A stretch of 64,000 bases of DNA from Macrostomum lignano (taxonomy: Eukaryota): positions 372,001 to 436,000 of the forward strand of contig NIVC01000350.1 in the NCBI GenBank assembly GCA_002269645.1, read 5' to 3'. Positions 24,001-32,344 of this stretch are shown one piece after another. Position numbers and translations under genes: made by a program. The notes under the pieces are model-generated. The model was not told where the DNA came from. It made no database searches and was given only the letters and a program-made list of their open reading frames with translations. Positions within the stretch are counted from its first letter, which is position 1. Every line of letters starts with the position of its first letter.

Positions 24001-24251
24001 AGCATCTATAGTTATTCTAGAATCCGTGGTGCTTAGTAGGGTTATTAACTATAGACACTGAATCGTAAACAACAGTGCAAATCCAATCGACCCCGCCACC
24101 AGACACTGAAGCAGCTTCTGTCTCCGAGCAACGACTGGGAAATGGCCCGCAACGAGAGCCTGCGCTGCGATCCCGAGCTGAGGCAACGGCTGCTTGATAT
24201 TGGGCAGAAACTGGGACCGGAGGGCAGCGAGATGTGCCCATCCCTGCACTA
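18089..24251 (+). CDS. SLC6 sodium:neurotransmitter symporter (amino-acid/glycine/proline-transporter-like), complete, 11 exons
   Basis: Exons 18089-18284, 18369-18503, 18769-~18989, ~19278-19338, 19471-19603, ~19789-20265, 21346-21477, 21761-~21858, 21934-~22034, ~22149-22341, 24102-24251. Motifs [100 protein letters not shown]. Confidence 0.92.
22737..23751. mobile_element. 1015-bp non-autonomous TIR element (CMC/CACTA-like?) nested in a MITE
   Basis: 9-bp TIR CCCGTTGGA...TCCAACGGG; 3-bp duplication CCA at 22734-22736 and 23752-23754; the empty site AGAAGCCCAAGCTTG is seen in the 45174-45730 copy; many subterminal GTGCACC/AAAAGGTG repeats. Confidence 0.75.
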
Positions 24252-25398
24252 GTCCTCAAAGACTCTCAAATCAAGGACGACCAAAAGCAGTAGGAAGGGA
24301 AACTTTGTTTCTTATAAAAAATGTTTGTACGGAGATACACAAACATAGCGATAGCTTTTTATTGGAAGCAAATCAAATGCTCATATTTTAGTATAAATGC
24401 TTGTTTATTGTTCCACTGATTTATCTTATGTGCTTGGATACACTTAAGACCTTTTTATATTAGACCTCTTTGGTAATAAGGGTTCATATACAGTGTAGCT
24501 TAGTCTTCATTTAGCGTTTTTATTATTGCTTTTCTATCTGTGCACTCGAATTCTTATCATAGCTGACTCTTAATCAGTAGTATTTGCCGCATTGTCCCCA
24601 TCTTTTGTTTTTAATCTGATGACCCCGAATATTATTCCTAAGTGTGTGTGCTTTGACTAATTTGCTCGATCCCACCTTTTTTTCCCTTCCTCCACTCGCT
24701 GTTCTTTGATCTGCACGCATTATTTAATAATTCATTGCAGCTCATTTACTACTGCATTGAAGTTTAAGCACTAAACACGTCTGACTCGATCACATCCTTC
24801 TCAGATTCACACCCATGATGGCTGACCCCCAATGCGCAGGTCTGTGTCGCTGTACACCCTGTGTGAGCGCGTGTACTCAGCTCATGAGTCAGAACAATGG
24901 GCAGAATTGCTGTCAGCGATGGTTTGTTGGATGATATAGCCGAAGGCTCATAGCTCTCGTGCATGCAGTTATTATTATTATTATTATTATTAATACTATT
25001 ATTATTGAGGTATTTTTATCGAAAAATCCTAGTTAATGAAGACAAAGTCTTTTCGCCCCAGTGAGCTTTGGGGTTGGAATTTTATAATACCTAGTGTTGT
25101 ATCGATTATTTAGAGACTTCCAAAGCATTATTAACGCTGATTAATGTATGGTAAACTTACTGATAAAAGAAAAAATATCTTGCAAGCTAGATACAAATAA
25201 CAATTTGCAACAAGCACTACAGTCGATGCGTATTTTGAAAGTATATATTATCAAAGAAACTAAAAAACTTACACCGGTAAAATCGTTCTCTACATTTGGT
25301 TGAAAGTAGCAAGACTGAGAGGTGGAAAGCGAGAGCCAACAAATAAAACCGTAGATAGGCGACGAAGGCAGCTTTACATGTACATGTACAGACTGATA

Positions 25399-26010
25399 GG
25401 CATTAAACAATGGAGCAGCAGATACATGTAGGCCAGTAAGATCGGCAGCTGAGGACAGTAGATTGGCAGATATATATAGGCAACGCAGACAGCTAGGCAT
25501 TAAACAATAGAGCAGCAGATACATGTAGGCCAGTAAGATCGGCAGCTGAGGACAGTAGATTGGCAGATAGATATAGGCAACGCTGACAGCTAGGCATTAA
25601 ACAATAGAGCAGCAGATACATGTAGGCCAGTAAGATCGGCAGCTGAGGACAGTAGATTGGCAAATCGATATAGGCAACGCTGACAGCTAGGCATTAAACA
25701 ATAGAGCAGCAGATACATGTAGGCCAGTAAGATCGGCAGCTGAGGACAGTAGATTGGCAAATAGATATAGGCAACGCAGACAGCTAGGCATTAAACAATA
25801 GAGCAGCAGATACATGTAGGCCAGTAAGATCGGCAGCTGAGGACAGTAGATTGGCAGATAGATATAGGCAACGCTGACAGCTAGGCATTAAACAATAGAG
25901 CAGCAGATACATGTAGGCCAGTAAGATCGGCAGCTGAGGACAGTAGAAAGATCGGCACAAGCCAGTAGATTGGCAGGTAGTAGATATAGGCAACGAAGGC
26001 AGCTATACAG
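25399..26010. repeat. 97-bp tandem array (~6 copies) inside the Helitron, downstream of the helicase stop
   Basis: GGCATTAAACAA recurs at 25399, 25496, 25593 and onward (period 97). Confidence 0.93.
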
Positions 26011-26021
26011 GCAGCAATACT

Positions 26022-26330
26022 TTACAGTTGGGGCTGAAATCTAAGAAGTCGCTTTTGCTCCAACACTTTAGGTTTTACCGACTCTTGACCACATAACTTT
26101 AAGAACCGATCATAGTCGCATGCATTTATACGAACGTCAGCTAGCTGTCTTACACGGCTTAAGGCAGTATATAGCAATCCGGAAGCTTCTTTCTTAGAAC
26201 CAGAAGGAGCTAAGTCTACGAACACTTTATTCAAAGTGAGCCCTTGAGACTTGTGCACAGTGATAGCCCAAGCTAGCTTTAGGGGCAGTTGCTTTATGCT
26301 AGATATTGAATCAGCATCAAAAACGGATAA
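26022..26330 (-). CDS. C-terminal part of the PIF1-family helicase (frameshifted continuation of RepHel)
   Basis: QLPLKLAWAITVHKSQGLTLNKVFVDL...LLYTALSRVRQLADV (SF1B helicase motifs V-VI). Confidence 0.9.
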   Translation of the reverse strand, partial: LSVFDADSISSIKQLPLKLAWAITVHKSQGLTLNKVFVDLAPSGSKKEASGLLYTALSRVRQLADVRINACDYDRFLKLCGQESVKPKVLEQKRLLRFQPQL

Positions 26331-29300
26331 AGAGTAATAGGTAGAATTGGAACCAGATGCAATGTTTGATTTCGACCATCTTGTTGTAAACATGAATTAG
26401 CAACTTGCAGAGATGGACCGCTGTATCTGTCGAACTCAACCCAAACAACAGATGGTAAACTGGGTGGTTTTGACCCAGGCGTAAAGCAAATTCCTCGAAC
26501 AGTACCTGTTGATCCATTTACTAATCCATGCTTCACTGAGAGGTTTCTTGTTAGCATTACTCGACAGCCAATAGCCAAAAGTAATTCTTCGCTAAGTCCG
26601 GAGTAACAATCGGAACGTTTTTCCTTAGGGCAATAGCCCGTGAATAAAGCGTTAATGATGCATACGGGCTGACTCGAATTAGTGCACAACTCTGCTAATC
26701 TGTGATAATTTTCTTCAAGGGCCTGCTTGTTTGTATAATACAGGTGAGTACACCCTTCGATAAACTCTGGAGGCATCAAATCAGACGCAGCAACGCGACA
26801 CTCTTTACTCATAAGGATATTGTAAGTGTCTTTACTTGCATTTCCTTCACGAATATCTTGCAGCAACCCGGCAAAACGTTGATCTTCTGCCTGACGAACT
26901 AATTGATCGAGATGAATAACAGTACGGAACTCCAAGTATAACATTCTTCCCAACTTTTTCGATTCACTTGCTTTAGGCCCAGAATTTGTTGCTTTCCTGT
27001 TGACGACAACAGATGAATACAAAGCAGAGTCTAAAACTGGTGGTAGTTGAAAAACATCACCCACAAGGATAACGGAACGCCCCCCGAAAGTACACTCCTT
27101 GTAACGTGGAAAAGCCATCCTTAATCGAGAATCTACAATTGCGAGCAACTGTTGACCGATCATACTGAATTCATCCATAATTAAGTAGTCGATCAGAGCA
27201 AAGTCGTTTTGAAGGTTAGCTAAAGCGCGTCCAGAAATAGGGGAAACGTCATGACTCAAATTTCCTTTCCTTCCTGTCGTTATTCGCAGAGCTGAGTGAA
27301 GGGTTTGGCCTCCAATATTGTAAGCGGCAACACCAGTTGGAGCGAAAAGTCGGCATCTATTGCCTAAAAGCTGCTTCAATGCACTGATGATGAAACTTTT
27401 TCCACTACCAGCACTGCCATAAATAATGAGACGCAGTGGTTGCACTTTGGAAGATGCTTTTTCGAAGGAAGTTTGCCGTTCCTTATCTAGACGGTGCATA
27501 TGATCAGCCACCAAATCATACACCTGTCGTTGCTTGTCGTTCAGAAGATTTAGGCTTACGACAGCTTCATCCTCATGCACCGATGTTTTTGACTTCAGTT
27601 TTTCTAGTAACTCGCTAACCTCCACTAAGCAAGGAAATTGAGCATTCGACGCACTCCAATCATAATTTTTTGGAACTGGCGGAAATCTGTTTAACATTCG
27701 GCTTCTTGGATCTTGCATGGCTTCATCATGCCGAGAGGCTAGCATCTGCATCCACTCTTCTTGTCTTTTATCGGGCCGTGAAGGCGCAGCAACAGAAGCA
27801 GCGTTCTCTGCTGCCAAATCTGGTGCACTATCTGCCTGTTCCTGTTGCATAGCATCAGCTTCGTCTCTCTGAAGCTGTGCCAAATTTTTAACAGCGAGTG
27901 GGCAAAATTTATCTGATTCAGTCTGTCGCTGGCTGTATGCTTCGCGCCACGTGGAAGCAATGCCTTTTGCATCCTTCTCTGTGCGCCACGCAGAATACAG
28001 GAGTGTTTGTTGTCGAAAGTATTCTTCCTGCCTTTCATACTCGATAGCATTGGCTCGAAGAATCGGATTGATAATCAGAATGGCTTCTCTTCCATTTGGT
28101 CTCATCACGACTTGATTGCGGACAAACTTCAACTTACTGAAGAATTCAAACATAGTCATTTTATTGAACATCACAGAACGATTTCTATACTTGTCCAGGC
28201 TATTACTGCACGTACCTCGCTTTGAAATCATCCTACTGTATCCTGTTTGAACAAAAACGAAGTCCCTGGTTGCACGATACATTGGAGTCTGAAGCAAAAG
28301 GTGACAGACTTCTTGAGCACTATAATCACGGCTACCAACCTGACTCATTAATTGTTGTTGAACAATTCGCTGCGCTCGGTCTGTGCGACTATGTCTATCA
28401 ACTGCATGTTTCCCTTCTTGTTGTTCTTTTTCTGCCTCTAATGTAGCGTTGTTACTTAACTTTTCAAGATGCCGTGATTGAATTTCACCTTTGCTTGTAT
28501 ACTTTATTAAGTATCGGACAAGACACTTTGGTGAAACAACAACCTGAACGTCTACATTGGCACGCCAGGTGCACAAAACTTGGGGATTATATACACCCAT
28601 TCGATCGTCATTTCGTTGTGTTTCAACGTCCCAATGCAGTCGTGAGACTCGTTTTACTGTAGATACTTTCTGTATTTGCCTTGGATACTTAAATCGACAT
28701 TGAGCTTTGCCGTGTAGAGTACGGGAACACCTTTCGCTACACCGACTGTGGCGTTGACTTAGGTGAGCAATCGCTTGTAAATCAGCTTTATTGTTTTCTA
28801 TTTCTGATGGAAGCAAACGAGAAGGATGCTTTTCAATTGGAATTGTTTGATTAAGTACTTTACATGTATTTCCGCTCGCAGATCCATCCATTGCTGGGTT
28901 AATGCTTGTTGTGTACTTATCAACGAAGGCGCGCATCTGTTCCTCAGTAACATGTTCGGATCTGACATCGAAACCGTCTGGCAACCATACGAGACCATGA
29001 ATATGTGGACTGCCTCTGCTCTGGTATTCGACTCTAAACCAGAAATCTGTAACCTTCCAATGTTCAATAAAAAAGCGGCGAGTAAAAATTTCAAAGCGAT
29101 TCCAGAAAACTGTGTCGGCTAATCCTGGATCTTTTAATAGTTTCTGAAGCAGGTTCGGAGAAACTTCAGATTGCTCGGCTTGCCAAAATGCGCGTAATTC
29201 CGGCCAGTGCACATCCGCTGCTGACAGAGTGACGAATAAATGAGGTAAACCAATAGTCTGTATCATCGCCTCTAAACGACGCCTCTGCAGCTCCCAATAA

Positions 29301-30895
29301 GATTTTGTTCCCCGCAATTGCATTCCTCGAGCACTTACACTGGCAAGAACCTCTGGATCCTTGAGGCGCTCTTTCATTTGCTCTGCATTTAAATTAGCGC
29401 AACCCTTCTGACTGACATAAACGCGGCCTAGCTCTAAAGCTCGCCATCGCATGATCATGTTTTCTAAAAAAAATCGAAACCGCGGATCACATCGAAATCG
29501 TGAGCAGTGGTACCGCATTAAGTGTAATCCATATTCTCCTAAGCTGATATGCCTTAGCCTTGGGGTGCGATAGTCTCCACTTCCATCAGGAAATAGGTGA
29601 GGAAATGCAAGGGAAAATAAGCCCTCCTGCCGAAATTCATTTACAGGATGTCTGCTTGACTTGGGCCATTGCAGCTTTTCTTCCAAAAGCTTCTTGCGAA
29701 CTTCGTCCTCCAGCTCTCGCAGTGGGGCTTCCATAAGTACAGCACTGAAGCTCTCTGTATTTTTGGATTCTGCATTTTCGTCACCAATTTTCTGACGATC
29801 ATTTTTTTCAGTAGAGGCTGGATCTGTACCTGGAATTTCAGATTCATACAAAGCAGGCAGATCGGGCATTATGCCATTTTCCGGCAAGTCTTGAATAGCT
29901 TGCTCATCAAGCATAACGGCATATTCCTTAAAATACTTATTATTTTGCATTAAATATTTAATCGCACCGAGCACATTTTTACGGCGAACTCTAAGTTTAT
30001 TTGTAAATGCATTCAGATTTTTCTTTACACTTGCATCTTCCAGCTCCATCTGCTGCTGCTCTTCACGCGATTCAAATAAAAGGACTACTGGGAGCTTTCT
30101 TCTTGGTAACATTTTAACAACATCAGACTGATCTTGTGGAAACATTATACCATGACCACAAGAGCTCAACTGTCCTTGAGGAAACAGTCGAAATATTGTC
30201 AGTACGCTGAGTACAGGTGAAATCAACATCTGCTCTGCAACAGTTAAGTCCCGCAGCACTTCAGGTTGTTCGCATGGATTAACATTGTTTGTATCGCTAA
30301 ACTTTTTCGGTTGAAATTTTTCGGTTCTATCAGACACGCAACGCTGACAATTTAAATCCGATTCATTTCGAAAATAAACGCCTGGGAAACGCTCTTTACA
30401 AACGGTACACATATTCAAGTTTGAAACAAATTGTAAGCTCTCCTTGAAAAATGCATTTCTCATTTTCAAAAACGAATCATTAAATGGCTGCTGTAGGCAC
30501 TTAGGAACAGCAAGTTCGTCAAAAAGGCAATCATTCTGAACTCCTTCACAGTCCAACTTTGAAAACGGAGGAGGTATTTCTTGAAATTGTGAAGGCAAAT
30601 TTTCGTTTTGTTGATCTTCAAGAGCGTCTTTAGTTGTATTCCCATAATTGCAGCTCGGGGATTTATTAATAACTGCTTGTGGCATTTTTCTTGAAGATGC
30701 GCGTCGAGAAGACTTGTCGTCCAATGTTGTTGGAAGAAGACGCGTGCATGGTTTTCGAGGTTTCTGCGCCGTTTCTGATGTAGAATTACTTTCCTTGTGG
30801 TCTCTAAAACCGATTGTATATGTAGTAGTAGGAGTCGTATCCACTCTTAACGACAGCTTCTGCTTACTTGAGCAAGACTGCCCAGTGAAAGGCAT
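26294..30895 (-). CDS. Helitron RepHel transposase core (C2C2 zinc motif, HUH Rep, PIF1 helicase)
   Basis: CTVC...CQRC; HLFVTLSAADVHWPEL; VEYQSRGSPHIHGLVW (HUH); YLIKYTSKGE (Y2); GSAGSGKS (Walker A); APTGVAAYNIGGQTLHS; IMDEFSMIG; FGGRSVILVGDVFQLPPV; RVMLTRNLSVKHGLVNGSTG. Confidence 0.95.
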   Translation of the reverse strand: MPFTGQSCSSKQKLSLRVDTTPTTTYTIGFRDHKESNSTSETAQKPRKPCTRLLPTTLDDKSSRRASSRKMPQAVINKSPSCNYGNTTKDALEDQQNENLPSQFQEIPPPFSKLDCEGVQNDCLFDELAVPKCLQQPFNDSFLKMRNAFFKESLQFVSNLNMCTVCKERFPGVYFRNESDLNCQRCVSDRTEKFQPKKFSDTNNVNPCEQPEVLRDLTVAEQMLISPVLSVLTIFRLFPQGQLSSCGHGIMFPQDQSDVVKMLPRRKLPVVLLFESREEQQQMELEDASVKKNLNAFTNKLRVRRKNVLGAIKYLMQNNKYFKEYAVMLDEQAIQDLPENGIMPDLPALYESEIPGTDPASTEKNDRQKIGDENAESKNTESFSAVLMEAPLRELEDEVRKKLLEEKLQWPKSSRHPVNEFRQEGLFSLAFPHLFPDGSGDYRTPRLRHISLGEYGLHLMRYHCSRFRCDPRFRFFLENMIMRWRALELGRVYVSQKGCANLNAEQMKERLKDPEVLASVSARGMQLRGTKSYWELQRRRLEAMIQTIGLPHLFVTLSAADVHWPELRAFWQAEQSEVSPNLLQKLLKDPGLADTVFWNRFEIFTRRFFIEHWKVTDFWFRVEYQSRGSPHIHGLVWLPDGFDVRSEHVTEEQMRAFVDKYTTSINPAMDGSASGNTCKVLNQTIPIEKHPSRLLPSEIENNKADLQAIAHLSQRHSRCSERCSRTLHGKAQCRFKYPRQIQKVSTVKRVSRLHWDVETQRNDDRMGVYNPQVLCTWRANVDVQVVVSPKCLVRYLIKYTSKGEIQSRHLEKLSNNATLEAEKEQQEGKHAVDRHSRTDRAQRIVQQQLMSQVGSRDYSAQEVCHLLLQTPMYRATRDFVFVQTGYSRMISKRGTCSNSLDKYRNRSVMFNKMTMFEFFSKLKFVRNQVVMRPNGREAILIINPILRANAIEYERQEEYFRQQTLLYSAWRTEKDAKGIASTWREAYSQRQTESDKFCPLAVKNLAQLQRDEADAMQQEQADSAPDLAAENAASVAAPSRPDKRQEEWMQMLASRHDEAMQDPRSRMLNRFPPVPKNYDWSASNAQFPCLVEVSELLEKLKSKTSVHEDEAVVSLNLLNDKQRQVYDLVADHMHRLDKERQTSFEKASSKVQPLRLIIYGSAGSGKSFIISALKQLLGNRCRLFAPTGVAAYNIGGQTLHSALRITTGRKGNLSHDVSPISGRALANLQNDFALIDYLIMDEFSMIGQQLLAIVDSRLRMAFPRYKECTFGGRSVILVGDVFQLPPVLDSALYSSVVVNRKATNSGPKASESKKLGRMLYLEFRTVIHLDQLVRQAEDQRFAGLLQDIREGNASKDTYNILMSKECRVAASDLMPPEFIEGCTHLYYTNKQALEENYHRLAELCTNSSQPVCIINALFTGYCPKEKRSDCYSGLSEELLLAIGCRVMLTRNLSVKHGLVNGSTGTVRGICFTPGSKPPSLPSVVWVEFDRYSGPSLQVANSCLQQDGRNQTLHLVPILPITLYPFLMLIQYLA

Positions 30896-31623
30896 GCCGT
30901 TACTTTCCCTTGCTTTAAGAAACAGTGCGCGTCATAATGCTCATTGTGGAACAGAAGTCGAATCACAGCAGCAGGCTGGTTAACTGTACGTTGCATTCGC
31001 ACAGTTCCGTCCGCATTGTAGATGTACATGTCTACATTTAAGCAGTTGCTAATAATGGGAGGAACTTCATCGGGAACGTATTCTCCAGACAAAAATGTGG
31101 TAGCAACTATGTCGTTAAATCCGGCTTCATCAAAAACACCGTCATTTTGCATAGCCCTCAGATAAGGAATAGTAGCTTCTCCGAGAAACTCTCGAAGCTG
31201 GGAGCTGCTTCGAGCTAAAGGTGTCCCGCGCAGAGATTTGCTGATGGCGTGGAAAAAGCAATTGCCATCTCCAGGTACGCGCTCTATCTGCAACTCCGTT
31301 ATTGGAAGAAAAGTAGAACCCTTTTGATCTGAAAGCTTAGAGTTAGATGGTTGTAGATTCACTTCAACTTTTGACTGAACTTTTGAGTGAGTTACTTTTA
31401 CTTCGTTTTGCTTTAAACACCCATGCATAGATTTTTCTCTTATCTCATTTGAAGCATCCAAGTCTACCTGATGGGTAAAAACATCGGCGCACCGGTTTAA
31501 AATCTCCACTTTTTGCCTCTTAATGTTTAAAGATGCTACTGACTCTTTATAGCACGTCTTAGATCTAGTAAAATGGCTAATATTTACACCCTCTTTATTT
31601 TCTTTGCATCGTTGTAGGATCAT
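30847..31623 (-). CDS. OTU-like cysteine protease domain of the Helitron polyprotein
   Basis: ERVPGDGNCFFHAISKSL (Asp/Cys motif) and IRLLFHNEHYD (His motif). Confidence 0.85.
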   Translation of the reverse strand: MILQRCKENKEGVNISHFTRSKTCYKESVASLNIKRQKVEILNRCADVFTHQVDLDASNEIREKSMHGCLKQNEVKVTHSKVQSKVEVNLQPSNSKLSDQKGSTFLPITELQIERVPGDGNCFFHAISKSLRGTPLARSSSQLREFLGEATIPYLRAMQNDGVFDEAGFNDIVATTFLSGEYVPDEVPPIISNCLNVDMYIYNADGTVRMQRTVNQPAAVIRLLFHNEHYDAHCFLKQGKVTACLSLGSLAQVSRSCR

Positions 31624-31645
31624 ATCAGCTTTTGAAGAACGAGCT

Positions 31646-32344
31646 CTACGAGATCGCTTTTGTTTTAACGATTAATTCCTTTGCACATTCACTCGTCAAT
31701 TTTTGCTTATCCTTTGAAATGCTATCATCATTGACGCTGAGTTTATCATCATCACGTAAGCTTATATTGAGTCCTAAATCTGTCACATGTGGAGAAACTT
31801 TGTTCCACTTACCCGATGAACAGCGTCGAAGACGAATTCGGGGAACAGTACGACTGCACTGTAGATAATCTTTTGTTTCGGAATTTGCGTCGTTAGTTTC
31901 TTGAATCCTGGTCTTGCTTGTATATTTCTGACTTTCACCTGCCATTATAATGGCACTAGCACTGCCCCTGGCCAATTCGGTATCACTGACACTATCTGCA
32001 GCTGCCTTTATAGTTTCACTGGCCGTTACAGTATCGCTGTCTGTTGCCATTATAGTTTCACTGGCCGTTACAGTATCGCTGTCTGTTGCCATTATAGTTT
32101 CACTGGCCGTTACAGTATCGCTATCTGTTGCCATTATAGTTTCACTGGCCGTTACAGTATCGCTGTCTGTTGCCATTATAGTTTCACTGGCCGTTACAGT
32201 ATCGCTGTCTGTTGCCATTATAGTTTCACTGGCCGTTACAGTATCGCTGTCTGTTGCCATTATAGTTTCACTGGCCGTTACAGTATCGCTGTCTGTTGCC
32301 ATTATAGTTTCACTGGCCGTTACAGTATCGCTGTATGTTGCCAT
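31646..32344 (-). CDS. Putative N-terminal low-complexity segment of the Helitron polyprotein with about eight 14-aa repeats
   Basis: ATDSDTVTASETIM repeats (42-bp unit) followed by unique sequence whose frame nearly meets the OTU frame. Confidence 0.5.
   Translation of the reverse strand: MATYSDTVTASETIMATDSDTVTASETIMATDSDTVTASETIMATDSDTVTASETIMATDSDTVTASETIMATDSDTVTASETIMATDSDTVTASETIMATDSDTVTASETIKAAADSVSDTELARGSASAIIMAGESQKYTSKTRIQETNDANSETKDYLQCSRTVPRIRLRRCSSGKWNKVSPHVTDLGLNISLRDDDKLSVNDDSISKDKQKLTSECAKELIVKTKAIS

Noticed and set aside
25029-25040. CTAG near the lower Helitron end as a canonical Helitron1 CTRR terminus
   Set aside because: On the minus strand it is followed by G rather than T, and no matching A|TC 5' end was identified. 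The subterminal-IR model fits better.
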